This document shows, piece after piece, positions 28,960-38,541 of a stretch of 64,000 bases of DNA; positions within the stretch are counted from its first letter, which is position 1, and the number at the start of each line of letters is the position of its first letter. Position numbers and translations under genes: made by a program. The notes beneath the pieces were generated by a model that saw only the letters and a program-made list of their open reading frames with translations, searched no databases and was not told the DNA's origin. Location: assembly GCA_041947015.1 (NCBI GenBank), contig JBHGBL010000006.1, positions 118,675-182,674 on the forward strand, given 5' to 3'. Source of the stretch: Vicinamibacterales bacterium (lineage in GTDB: Bacteria > Acidobacteriota > Vicinamibacteria > Vicinamibacterales > Fen-181).

Positions 28960-29439
28960 TCACTGCTGGAACCACTTGCCCCAGATGCCCCACCGGAGTG
29001 CTTCGGGAGGGGCGATGCCGTTCTGCTTGAGGGCGAGCACTATCGAGCCGCGATGGTGCGACTCGTGGCTGACCAGGTACGCCAGCAGGACCAGCGGGCC
29101 GCGCTTCCTGACCTGCTCGCCGCCGCTCACGATTCGCTCGAAGAGCGCCTCCACGCCGTGGCTCGACGCCTCCAGGGCTGCCTCGAGCCGGCCGCGCGAA
29201 GGCGGCCTGTCCTTCTCGAACGGCGCGACACCGACCATCAGCGCCCTCTCTGCCGCGCGGAAGTGCGACACCCGGACGTCGACCATGTGTGCGAGCTGTC
29301 GCGTGACGTCGCGGCCCTTGCCCGGCTGGCCGTTCTTGAGGAGAGGAACAGCGCTGAGGCCCTCGTCCGTGATGTTGTCGAGCATGTAGCGGTTGATGCC
29401 GTCGTGAATGCGCCACGCTTCCAGAATCGCGTCGATCAT
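28960..29439 (-). CDS. DinB-family protein
   Basis: QLAHM, YLVSHESHHRGSI His triad; GGAGG RBS. Confidence 0.85.
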   Translation of the reverse strand: MIDAILEAWRIHDGINRYMLDNITDEGLSAVPLLKNGQPGKGRDVTRQLAHMVDVRVSHFRAAERALMVGVAPFEKDRPPSRGRLEAALEASSHGVEALFERIVSGGEQVRKRGPLVLLAYLVSHESHHRGSIVLALKQNGIAPPEALRWGIWGKWFQQ

Positions 29440-29564
29440 CTGAATCCTCCGGAAAACGTGCCTGGCGCAGGCGAACCTGCCCTACTCGCGCCAATCGTCG
29501 ACGACGGCTGGAATCAGCTCCGAAACGACGACCCTGGCCGAAGGGAGAAGGATGGCAGAAAAGC

Positions 29565-29613
29565 AAAAGGGAACACTTTCCTTTCTCGCAGTCAAAGGAA
29601 AGTGTTCCCTTTT
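29565..29613. terminator. Perfect 20-bp AT-rich inverted repeat with 9-nt loop downstream of the TonB receptor
   Basis: AAAAGGGAACACTTTCCTTT-CTCGCAGTC-AAAGGAAAGTGTTCCCTTTT; on the minus strand followed by GCTTTTCT. Confidence 0.7.
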
Positions 29614-29676
29614 CGGTTTCGGGTTCGCTTTTCGGGTTCGGGCTGGCGCTCCCAAGAGCCCGTCAGGCCCGCCGGT

Positions 29677-32600
29677 TCACCAGTTGATCCGCCAGCTCAA
29701 CTGCAGCAGCCTGCCGCCCGGGTCGAGCGCATTGGCGGTGTCGCGGTAGCCGCTGGTCACCTCGTAGGAGCCGAGCGTCGTCGAGCTGCGCGTGTTGTTC
29801 GGGTTGAAGTTGACGTGGTTGAAGACGTTGAAGACCTCGAACCGAAGCTCCAGGTTGGCGCGGCCCGTCAGCGCAATCGTCTTCGCCAGACTCATGTCGA
29901 ACCGGTAGAAGTTCGGCCCGCGCACGAAGACATGGCGAGGCACGCACTGGCCGCCGAAGATCTCGAGGCAGTCCCCCGTGCTGGCGGGCGCGAAGTACCG
30001 CCCGGACGGCGGTCCCATCGGGTAGCCGTCGGGAGCCGCAGTCGGATCGTAGCTGAACGCCTTCATCGTGTTGTCGATCACGTCCTGCGGCAGGCTGTAG
30101 ACGCGCACGAACCCCGCGGCCGGGTCGAACGTCTTCCGTATCTTGAACATGTCCTTCAGGTCGTCCGCGTTGAAGCCCACGAACTTCACGCCCCCGAAGT
30201 CGTACAGGCGGCCCAGGTGGACCCGCGCTGCGCCGTTGAACTGCCAGTCGCCGACGAGGCGGTTCAGGCCGCGGCCCACGCCTCCCAGCCATTTCCTGCC
30301 CTGGCCGAACGGCAAGTCATAAACCCAGTTCGCCTTGAACGAGTGCGGAAGGACGCTCGTGTTGCGAGCGAGCTGGCGCTCCTGTCGAAGTGTCAGCAAC
30401 TCGGACGTGTTCCCGTTCGCGTACACGTAGCTGCCGGTGACGAGGAGCCCGTCCGCGAAGCGTCGGCGCAGCTCGACCTGCAACGAGTCATATCGCGTGA
30501 AGGAGTCGTTGTGGTAGTAGTAGGCTCCGGCGAGGCTCGGATTCATGACCCAGAAGTTCGCCGGCAATCCTGCCGCCAGGGCGTTGTCGCGGAACGACTG
30601 GCGGCCGTAAAGACCCGAATTGGAACCGTTCGAGGCCGGGCTCCACGGCGACGGGTCGATCCAGTACAGCGGGCTGTAGAAGTAGCTGTTCGAAAAATAG
30701 CTCGCGCCAGGCGTCTTCGTCGGGTCGTAGCTGGCCGGGTCCGAAGCGGCCGACTTCGGCTTGCCGGTGAAGTGCGCCAGGTAGATGGGCAGCGGGCTGG
30801 TGTTGGTGCCAGGCCCGAAGTAGGCGAACGTCGTGCCGCGGCCCGCCTGCATGTTGGCGCGGAGATTCTGCATGGCCAGCCTGAACTCGTCCATGAAGCC
30901 GTTCTCGATGAGCGCGGCCTCGTTGAAGTTGTCGGACACCATGCCGTTCCTGTTGCGCGTGGCCACATAGCGAACTTCCACGACCGTGTTCTTGCTCAAG
31001 GCGCGCTGCACGCCGCCCGAGAAAGTGTGGGCGTAGGGCACGGTGTAGTCCGGGTCGATGACGTACACCGAATTGGTCACCAGGCCGGTCATCGGGAAGC
31101 GGGGCGTGGGATCGAAGTCGGGCGGACCCAGACGATCCCGCTGACTCAGCAGGACCGGCAGCTTCTCACCTGGCCGCAGCAGGTTGTTGAGCGTCATGTT
31201 GCGGTTGGTCGTGATGTAGGCTCCCGGGTTGCTCTCGAAGATCCCGCTGTACTGAGCCAAGTCGTCGCGCGTGTAGGCGAGCGAATAGCCGACGCGCAGC
31301 ACCGGGTTTTCGCCGAGAATCCTCTTCAACCAGTCCGGCTGCCGCGACAGCGTGTATGCGACCCCCAGGCTCGGCGCGAGATTGTTCCTGTCCACGTTGT
31401 AGCCGTCGCTGCCCTTCTTGAGCTGATAGAACTGCGGCGTCTTCCCGGTCAGAGTGCCTGGCTTGAAGACGTTGAAGTTGCCGTTGGCGTCGAGGCCCGA
31501 CAGCCCTGCCACGTCCGCCTTCGTGGCGTAGGCCCATCCGCTCGTGAGCGCCTTGAATGGCAGCTGCAGCTCGTAGCGAAGCCCGAGGTTCAGGGTGAGG
31601 TTCGACCGCAGGCGCCAGGAATCCTGGAAGTAGAACCCCAGCTCCCGCTGCGAGCTCTTTCGCGTCCTGGGGCCGAGGTAGACGTACTGGTTCGTCGCCT
31701 CGTCCAGGTACGACGTCGCGTTGATGGAGGTCACGCGGCCTGTGAGCAGCGCGTAGAGGCCGCGCGCGTAGCTGATGCTCGTCGAAGTGGCGCCCGGGAA
31801 GTTGATTGCCCTGTCACGGTCGAAGTAGACCAGCGCCGGGTCTGCCGCGTCGATGCCGAACGATATGCCGGGAACGTAGGTCTTCGACTGCGTCGAGTAG
31901 TAGATCTGCGTCAACGATGCGCCGAGCGTCATGCTGTGGGCGCCCTTGATCCAGTTCAACGTGTCCTCGAACGTGTAAGAGGGAGCGTTGCGCCAGTTGT
32001 TGCCGCTGTTCACGGTGGCGCTCGTCAGCGGGCTCGGGAAACTCAGGTTGAACCCGCCTTGGTTGGCAACCGGGCCGACGAAGTCCTGGTAGCTCACGTG
32101 CGGGTAGAACTTGATGCGCCCTCCCGAACCGCCCAGCCTCACCTCGTTGACCATGTCCTTCGAGAAAACCGAACGTACGTTGATGGCGAACTGGAACCGG
32201 CCCGAAAGGTTGTCGGCGAAGTTCGGGAAGCCCGGGAAGCGGGGATCGCCGTTGTTCAGGACGTCCGGGCTGTCGATGAACTTCTGGTACCACAAGCTGA
32301 AACCGGCCCGGTGCTTCGACGTGAGGTTGACGTCGACGCGGCCCGTCGGGTACTTGCGTGTGGCCACGAAGGAAGGCTGCCAGGTGTAGCGGTTGAAGTT
32401 CGGGTCGGAGGGGTAGGGCTGGATGACGCCGGTCGTCGTCGTCGCCTGCGCGATGTCGCCGAGAAGCTTGACGATGGTCGGATCGGGGGCCCAGGTCTGC
32501 ACGTTGCCCGAGGCGTCGCGGAGCTTGAAGAGATCCACCGTTCTCGGGCCGCTCGTCGTGTTGTAGGTGAAGATGCCCTGGAGCGCTAGCGGCGTGACGA

Positions 32601-33582
32601 CGGTCCTGTCGCGAGCAACGCTCGCCGGGCGCCTGAAGTCCTGGAAATTGAAGAAGAAGAAAGCCTTGTCGTGGCCGTCGAAGAGGTACGGGATGACGAT
32701 CGGCCCGCCGATGCGGCCGCCGAACTCGTGCATCTTGATGTTATCCTTGGGAAGGCCGTTGCGAATGTTGAACCAGTAGTTCGTGTTGAGAACCGGGTTC
32801 CGAAGGGAGTGGTACAGGCTGCCCTGGAGGCGGTTGGTGCCAGAGCGCGTGACGAAGCGAATCTGGACCGCTCCCATGCCGACGCTGTCCGCGCCGGCGT
32901 TCGACATCGAAACCGTCACCGCTTCGATCGCGTCGAGGTTCGGCCTCACGTAGGCGAACAGCGCCTCGTTCGACTTGTACGCGTTGTCCTGGACGTTGAT
33001 GCCGTCGATGGTGATGTTGGTCGCGCTGGCGCGCAGACCCAGGACCACCGAATTGCGGACCGTGCCCACGGTGTCCACACCCGGGAGGTTCGCCATGAAG
33101 TCCAGCGAGTTCTTGGTCAGGAGCGGCAGCTGCGAGATCTGCGTGCTGTTCAGCGTTGCCGCCACGGTGGCGGACTGCGTCTGGATCAGTTCCGAGGTGC
33201 CCTCCACGAGGATCGTTTCTTCGAGCTTGCCGACCTCCAGAGTGACGTTCACTTCTCTTGGCACGGCCGCCAGAAGGGTGACCCCGGAAACCACGGCGGT
33301 CTTGAATCCCATGAGGGATACGGTGACGGTGTAGGTGCCCGGCAGCAGCGCCGGCACGGTAAATCGCCCTTCGCCGTCGGCTACCGCTTCGAACTGCGCC
33401 CCGGTGGCGTCATTCTTGACGACGACGCTGGCCCCGGGAACCACGCCGCCGGAGATGTCCCTTACGATGCCGGACAGCGATGCCGTCGTTGCTCCACCCT
33501 GCGCTCGCGCGGGCGCCACGTTCGCCGCCACCAGCAGGACAAAGACGATGACCCCTGACAACCCTGGATGCCACCTTTTCAT
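29677..33582 (-). CDS. TonB-dependent receptor, Oar-like, with N-terminal carboxypeptidase-regulatory-like domain
   Basis: 1301 aa; signal peptide, SLSGIVRD.SGGVVPGA, NITIDGINVQDN, TRSGTNR..GSLY, LNLGLRYE, C-terminal PGGRLLQLSWRINW. Confidence 0.93.
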   Translation of the reverse strand: MKRWHPGLSGVIVFVLLVAANVAPARAQGGATTASLSGIVRDISGGVVPGASVVVKNDATGAQFEAVADGEGRFTVPALLPGTYTVTVSLMGFKTAVVSGVTLLAAVPREVNVTLEVGKLEETILVEGTSELIQTQSATVAATLNSTQISQLPLLTKNSLDFMANLPGVDTVGTVRNSVVLGLRASATNITIDGINVQDNAYKSNEALFAYVRPNLDAIEAVTVSMSNAGADSVGMGAVQIRFVTRSGTNRLQGSLYHSLRNPVLNTNYWFNIRNGLPKDNIKMHEFGGRIGGPIVIPYLFDGHDKAFFFFNFQDFRRPASVARDRTVVTPLALQGIFTYNTTSGPRTVDLFKLRDASGNVQTWAPDPTIVKLLGDIAQATTTTGVIQPYPSDPNFNRYTWQPSFVATRKYPTGRVDVNLTSKHRAGFSLWYQKFIDSPDVLNNGDPRFPGFPNFADNLSGRFQFAINVRSVFSKDMVNEVRLGGSGGRIKFYPHVSYQDFVGPVANQGGFNLSFPSPLTSATVNSGNNWRNAPSYTFEDTLNWIKGAHSMTLGASLTQIYYSTQSKTYVPGISFGIDAADPALVYFDRDRAINFPGATSTSISYARGLYALLTGRVTSINATSYLDEATNQYVYLGPRTRKSSQRELGFYFQDSWRLRSNLTLNLGLRYELQLPFKALTSGWAYATKADVAGLSGLDANGNFNVFKPGTLTGKTPQFYQLKKGSDGYNVDRNNLAPSLGVAYTLSRQPDWLKRILGENPVLRVGYSLAYTRDDLAQYSGIFESNPGAYITTNRNMTLNNLLRPGEKLPVLLSQRDRLGPPDFDPTPRFPMTGLVTNSVYVIDPDYTVPYAHTFSGGVQRALSKNTVVEVRYVATRNRNGMVSDNFNEAALIENGFMDEFRLAMQNLRANMQAGRGTTFAYFGPGTNTSPLPIYLAHFTGKPKSAASDPASYDPTKTPGASYFSNSYFYSPLYWIDPSPWSPASNGSNSGLYGRQSFRDNALAAGLPANFWVMNPSLAGAYYYHNDSFTRYDSLQVELRRRFADGLLVTGSYVYANGNTSELLTLRQERQLARNTSVLPHSFKANWVYDLPFGQGRKWLGGVGRGLNRLVGDWQFNGAARVHLGRLYDFGGVKFVGFNADDLKDMFKIRKTFDPAAGFVRVYSLPQDVIDNTMKAFSYDPTAAPDGYPMGPPSGRYFAPASTGDCLEIFGGQCVPRHVFVRGPNFYRFDMSLAKTIALTGRANLELRFEVFNVFNHVNFNPNNTRSSTTLGSYEVTSGYRDTANALDPGGRLLQLSWRINW

Positions 33583-33684
33583 TGCGATCCCTCCATGTCC
33601 TGATCCGGGCCCGGCCGCCCCGGAAACGCCTCCACGACGAAGGATCTGACCCGCCCTGCAGTCGAAAGTACGACGAGTGTGCAG

Positions 33685-33713
33685 AATCTACCGCCGCACG
33701 GGCGAGGTGTCAA
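33685..33713 (-). promoter_or_regulatory. Sigma70 promoter TTGACA-17-TAGATT for the TonB receptor
   Basis: -35 at 33708-33713, -10 at 33685-33690. Confidence 0.75.
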
Positions 33714-33869
33714 CGTAATACGGAGCCTGTCATAAGGGTCGACCTCTCAGAGCGGACAGTAGCAGCACGGGGCGGCTCTGCGAGGTGCCAGTAGCAGTCG
33801 GGGCCGATTGAGTGCTTGCGCACGGCGTTTCCTGCGCCTTATGCTGTCACCCACCAGAAGGGTGTCGAC

Positions 33870-35915
33870 ATGGAACTACAGCTCCGTGACCGGAAAGAGC
33901 GCGCAGGGGTGAGGGAATACTTCCGACGGGTCGGCGTCGCGGTGCTTGCGTCGATCCTTCTTGCCGGCGCAGGCGCCGGGTTGGGCGTCAGTCCGAGCGC
34001 AGCGCCGGCGCAGGCGCCGCAGCCAGCCCCGATCGACCCTCAGAAGTGGCAGGACCAGCAGGACATGACGTGGGCCGACTATCGCCCGATTCCGGGCGAG
34101 AACTGGGCAGACCCGGCGAAGGTCCCGGAGCGAAACCTGCGCGTGGCGCTCGTGGCAATCGACTTCCCCGACCAGCCGTTCGTCATCACGCTTCCCAAAG
34201 GGTCCGATCTTTTCGGCAACCCTCAGGTCGAGCCGGTGAAGCGCGAGGACGTGCCGCGCTTCTACGCCGACTTCTTCGGAAAGCCGAACAAGTACAATCA
34301 CGGGCACACAATCAACGGCTTCTGGATGGAGCAGACGCGCGGCAAGGTAGGCATCCAGTCGATCGACGTGTACGGCCCGTACCGCATGCCGAAGCACCTC
34401 TTCCAGTACGGCCTGAACGAGTACGGCCAGGAAGGGGCCTGCCCGACCTCTTTCACTTGCGACGGCCGGATGGAACCGGATGCTGACGCGCTCTGGGCCG
34501 CCGATGCGGGCGCCGACATCAAGAAGAAATACGAGATCGTCCTGCGCATCTACGCCGGCTACGACGAGACAGGCGTGTGGCAGGAGTTCGGCGAGATGAA
34601 ATTCCCCTCGAAGGACGAGATCCCCGCGGAGTGGGGCAACCCGGACACCACCAAGCCGCGATGGGTGGTGACGCGGTACGTGCCGTGGACCTCATGGAGG
34701 GCTGGCGCGCAGCAGTGGGGGCTGTCTTCGGTCCGCCAGGGCGAGAACTCGGGAACGATAACGCACGAGATCGCGCACCTCACGTTCCGCATCGGCGACA
34801 ACAACAACAACCCGTACGTCGAGCCGTACCGGCGCGTCGGTTCGGGCCCGTGGGACCTGATGGACCGCGGCTCGTTCAACGGGCCGGGCGGGCCGCACCG
34901 CCGCTGGGTCGTTCCCGCCGCCGAGGGCGCGTTCATGCCGGCGGGCCTGACGCTGCGAAGCCGGATCCTGCTGAAGTTCCTGCGGCCCGAGACGGTGTTG
35001 ACCGTCAGCCGGGACGCTCTCGCCAGGTCGGGCCTCGTCATCGGCGAGGTGGTCGCGCGCGCTGTCGAACCCGGGCCGAACCAGCTGGCGGGGGTCGTCG
35101 TGAAGCTCGACGGCGCCGCGCCTCAGGACAAGACGCCGCCCTGCGACATCAACACCGACCCGCTCTGCCCGGGCGATCCTGTCTTCAACGATTACACGCT
35201 CGAGGTGGTGCAGCGAATAGGGTACGACTCGTTCACGCCCGACAGCGGCGTACTGCTCGCGAAGAACAAGGACAAGCCGAGCCGCTCGTGCGGCTACAGC
35301 TGCTTCACGTGGGTCATCGACGCCCACCCCGAGGACATCGAGATGGTGGACTTCCGGCGCGCTGACGGGACCACCGTCATGCGCACGCCCGCGGACTACC
35401 GGCAGCTCAACGACGCGCTGTTCCACGCGGGGCTGAACTCGGGAAGCCAGTACGAATGGGAAGACACCCCGAATCGGCTGCACTTCTACGTGGTGGATAT
35501 CCACAAGGACGCTCGCGGTATCCTTTCCTACACCGTCGCCGTGAGGTCGCTCGATGGAGCCGGACCGCACGCCAGGGGAGTGGCCTTGACCGGTCCGGGC
35601 GCGGAGGCGCCGGCCGGCGCGGTCAAGGTGACGCTCAGGAACACCGGCGTTGCCGCCCCCGTCGCAGCCGGCATCCACCCGCAGGATGTGACGCCGTTCG
35701 TCAACGGCGACGTCTATCGCCTCTCGGTCTCGGTCGAAGGCGACGGCTGGTCGGCGAGCCTGGCCAACGCGCTCGCGGCGGCGAAGTTCGGCGAGTCGGT
35801 GACGGTTCCTGTGTTCGTGACCGGAGGCAAGGGGCGCGCGAAGGTGACGCTCAGGGCAACGTCGGAGAGCGACCCGGCAAAGACCGCGACGGTCTCGTGG
35901 ATCGCTCTCCGCTGA
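33870..35915 (+). CDS. Secreted M6-family (immune inhibitor A-like) metalloprotease
   Basis: Signal peptide; VALVAIDFPD, ITHEIAH (HExxH), GPWDLMDRGSFNG, GYDSF.PDSGVLL. Confidence 0.82.
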   Translation: MELQLRDRKERAGVREYFRRVGVAVLASILLAGAGAGLGVSPSAAPAQAPQPAPIDPQKWQDQQDMTWADYRPIPGENWADPAKVPERNLRVALVAIDFPDQPFVITLPKGSDLFGNPQVEPVKREDVPRFYADFFGKPNKYNHGHTINGFWMEQTRGKVGIQSIDVYGPYRMPKHLFQYGLNEYGQEGACPTSFTCDGRMEPDADALWAADAGADIKKKYEIVLRIYAGYDETGVWQEFGEMKFPSKDEIPAEWGNPDTTKPRWVVTRYVPWTSWRAGAQQWGLSSVRQGENSGTITHEIAHLTFRIGDNNNNPYVEPYRRVGSGPWDLMDRGSFNGPGGPHRRWVVPAAEGAFMPAGLTLRSRILLKFLRPETVLTVSRDALARSGLVIGEVVARAVEPGPNQLAGVVVKLDGAAPQDKTPPCDINTDPLCPGDPVFNDYTLEVVQRIGYDSFTPDSGVLLAKNKDKPSRSCGYSCFTWVIDAHPEDIEMVDFRRADGTTVMRTPADYRQLNDALFHAGLNSGSQYEWEDTPNRLHFYVVDIHKDARGILSYTVAVRSLDGAGPHARGVALTGPGAEAPAGAVKVTLRNTGVAAPVAAGIHPQDVTPFVNGDVYRLSVSVEGDGWSASLANALAAAKFGESVTVPVFVTGGKGRAKVTLRATSESDPAKTATVSWIALR

Positions 35916-35923
35916 CCGGCGAC

Positions 35924-36928
35924 TCAGCGCAGCTCGCGCTTTATCGCCGACTCTTTCACGGTGTAATCGGGCGGCACGACGAACAGGGACGGGTCCGGCT
36001 CGGCACGGATGATGTTGGTCAGCCGGAAGGTGGTGTCGCCGCTCCGCGGGTCGGTGTGCTTCGTCAGGACGAGGACGCCGAGTTCCGGGGAAACCCACTC
36101 CTCGGACACGACTCTGATTGGCTGTTCGTTTCCGATTGCCCCGGCCGGGAGCACCTTCGTTTTCCTGGTGCCATTGACAACGACGCCCTCGATGGTCTGC
36201 TGGCCGAGATCTTCGACCGTGGCGTCGCCGGCCTCGAGAGCAATCACCACTCCTCCGCGTGCTACCGGTGTCACGACTCCTCCGGCGCCGGCTGCGCCGC
36301 GAACGGCGCCGGCAACAGCTGCAGGCGGAGGAGGCGGCGGTGGGGGTGGAGGCGGAACGGCGCCGGAAATCGGATGAGCCGCCTGCGGTTCGGCCACCAC
36401 GATCTTGCTGCTTATTGTCGCCGAAGCAACCGCGGCGGCGCGATCCGAATAGCTGAAGGTGATTACGCCTGCCGTGCGGCGCGCGGTCCGCGTCTCCGGG
36501 TCGAGCACCCAGCTCTCACCGGCGACAGGATCGCTGATGCTCACGCTGCGGACGATCCCGTCGCTTCCGATCGTCTCGGTCCTCGTCCGGCCCGCGCTGT
36601 CTCTGTATACCCTCGTGGCCGTTTTTCGAACAATGCGGTTGCCGTCGGCGAGGACCTGCAAGAAGTCCGTCGACGTCTCGGCGGAGTAAGGCTGGCCGCG
36701 AGTGATCTTCGATCGAACGGCGACCATCTCTTCGAGCGGCTGGGCAGCTACATACCCGCCCTGTGCGGCAGGGGGTGCCGCCGGGACGGCCACCCGTTGC
36801 CTTGGTGCGCCTCCACCTCCACCCTGTGCGAAGACGGTGCCCCAGCACAGGAAGGCGGCCGCCAGCCCGGCTGCTGTCGCCGGCACGAACGCGAACCGAT
36901 TGCTCTTCATGACACTACTGCTCACCAT
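35924..36928 (-). CDS. Exported hypothetical protein with a polyproline tract, third gene of the ECF operon
   Basis: AGGAGG before ATG 36928; signal peptide; GQPYSAE, YRDSAGRTR.E, EDLG.QTIEGV...GTR, W.SPEL, EPDPSLF.VP.DY. Confidence 0.8.
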   Translation of the reverse strand: MVSSSVMKSNRFAFVPATAAGLAAAFLCWGTVFAQGGGGGAPRQRVAVPAAPPAAQGGYVAAQPLEEMVAVRSKITRGQPYSAETSTDFLQVLADGNRIVRKTATRVYRDSAGRTRTETIGSDGIVRSVSISDPVAGESWVLDPETRTARRTAGVITFSYSDRAAAVASATISSKIVVAEPQAAHPISGAVPPPPPPPPPPPAAVAGAVRGAAGAGGVVTPVARGGVVIALEAGDATVEDLGQQTIEGVVVNGTRKTKVLPAGAIGNEQPIRVVSEEWVSPELGVLVLTKHTDPRSGDTTFRLTNIIRAEPDPSLFVVPPDYTVKESAIKRELR

Positions 36929-36960
36929 GACACAGCCTCCTGGCGTGACGATCACGTCTA

Positions 36961-37773
36961 TCACCTGAACCTGTCGCCATCTACCGTCTGTGTAACCAGT
37001 CGGATTGCCCTCGGATGACCGTCCTGCCCGACGAGAAGGTCGACCGGGATGGGGTCGGAACCGGCATCCAGAGGTATGTCGAGCCCGAATCCGGGAAGTG
37101 CCGCGGGCGCGACGCTCGTCCTGACGATCTCGCCGCTCTCGAAGGCCGGGAGCGACGCCGCGAGCGGCAGCGGCGTGAAGCCCTCGGCGACGATGATGCC
37201 GCGCGGCAGCACCTGTCTTGCGGGCTGCTGCGCCCGACTCTCCTTCCTCGCGGCTTCGACAACCCGCGGCTCGGGCCCGATCGCGGCACGGGTAGCCTGC
37301 TCCCCCCGCTCTGCCCCGCCGGCGATGGGCTGCTCTGGCGCCGTCCTTGCGGTCGCAGGCCCGCGCGTCGTGGCGTGGGGCGGAGGTGGAATGCGCCAGC
37401 CGGCCATCGCGGCGATGACGAGAGCGGCAGCTGCGGCAGCCGGGATCCAGTGGCGGCGCGCACCAGCGAAGATTGCCGTGGTCGCGCGGCCCCCAGCGGC
37501 GGCCGGGTGTCCGACAGGCGACGGCTGCCGTTCGCCGAACGCCGCTAGCAGTTTCTCCTCGAGAACATCGAGGCGGCCGGCATCCGCATCGAGACAGGCA
37601 TCGTCAGCGCGAACGAGTGCTCTGAACCCGGCCGTCAGGCTGCGCTGCTCCTCGAATCGGCGCGCGCACTCCTCGCACACCTCGACGTGCGCCCGCACCT
37701 CTTCCTCCGCACCGGCGTCCGCGACGCCGCGGGCGGCATCGAGAATCGCGTCACGAAGGTCATGACAGGTCAT
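36961..37773 (-). CDS. Zinc-binding (ZAS) transmembrane anti-sigma factor
   Basis: HVEVCEEC (HxxxCxxC), one TM, C-terminal LLVGQDGHPRAIRL; ATGA overlap with the sigma stop. Confidence 0.85.
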   Translation of the reverse strand: MTCHDLRDAILDAARGVADAGAEEEVRAHVEVCEECARRFEEQRSLTAGFRALVRADDACLDADAGRLDVLEEKLLAAFGERQPSPVGHPAAAGGRATTAIFAGARRHWIPAAAAAALVIAAMAGWRIPPPPHATTRGPATARTAPEQPIAGGAERGEQATRAAIGPEPRVVEAARKESRAQQPARQVLPRGIIVAEGFTPLPLAASLPAFESGEIVRTSVAPAALPGFGLDIPLDAGSDPIPVDLLVGQDGHPRAIRLVTQTVDGDRFR

Positions 37774-38387
37774 GCGTCGCACCTCGCGCCTTCGAGCCGT
37801 CCCGGCGCGGCGGCGCCCTCCCGGCTCGCCCTCAATCTCCTGACCACCAGCTCACGGCCCCTCGACAAGCGTGACCGCACCGTTCCTACCGCGCAGCCGA
37901 GAGCGGCTGCAGCCTCCGCATAGCTCATCTCCTGCAGGTCGCACAGCACGACAACCTCGCGGTAGTGGAGCGGCAGGCGCAGGATCGCCCTGCGAAGGCT
38001 GGCGACGCCCTCCGCGCGCGAAAGACAAGCGAGCGGGTCGTCGTTCGCGGCGGCGCGGGCCACGCTCTCCTCGGCTGCGGTCAACGGCTGGAAGCGCCAC
38101 TCCCGGTCCAGCCTCTGCCTCGCGCAGTTCCTCGCCATGCCGCACAACCAGGCAGCCACCGTCGCCCGGCCACGTTCGTACCGGCCGGCATCGCGCATCA
38201 CGCTGAGGAAGGTCTCCTGCACGATGTCCTCGGCTGCCTCGCGGCGCCCGGTCAGGTGCAGCGCGAAGCGGTAGACGACGTCGCGCCGGCGCCGGAAGAG
38301 CTCGGCGAAAGCAGCGCGATCGCCTTCGGCCACGAGTCTCAGCAGGTCGGCATCCGCCGCATTTTCACCCGAAGGATCGGCGCTCAT
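37770..38387 (-). CDS. ECF RNA polymerase sigma factor
   Basis: DADLLRLVAEGDRAAFAELF, AEDIVQETF, LPLHYREVVVLCDLQEMSYAE.A..LG..VGTVRSRLSRGR. Confidence 0.93.
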   Translation of the reverse strand: MSADPSGENAADADLLRLVAEGDRAAFAELFRRRRDVVYRFALHLTGRREAAEDIVQETFLSVMRDAGRYERGRATVAAWLCGMARNCARQRLDREWRFQPLTAAEESVARAAANDDPLACLSRAEGVASLRRAILRLPLHYREVVVLCDLQEMSYAEAAAALGCAVGTVRSRLSRGRELVVRRLRASREGAAAPGRLEGARCDA

Positions 38388-38399
38388 CTCGACACCGGA

Positions 38400-38428
38400 T
38401 TCGACGCGTTCTCCCTCTATTCGGTTCT
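38400..38428 (-). promoter_or_regulatory. Candidate ECF-type promoter AGAACC-16-CGTCGAA upstream of the sigma gene
   Basis: Matches the generic GAAC...CGTC ECF architecture; 12 nt before ATG. Confidence 0.5.
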
Positions 38429-38541
38429 GGAGGGCCGCGAGTTCCACGAAGTTGCGTAGTGGGTCCGAACCTGCCGGGATTGCAGAGAAACGAGCTACGA
38501 GCCCACGATCGGTGGATAGCCGGTGAAAGCGGTGCGCGATA

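Noticed and set aside
28849-32589. 1246-aa plus-strand ORF (also 46749..49505-, 7112..8797-, 5219..6874-, 54322..56127-)
   Set aside because: Antisense shadows of well-supported genes, expected at high GC3; no recognisable domains
36325-36355. Polyproline-coding run as a variable repeat
   Set aside because: Mixed synonymous codons; an ordinary linker
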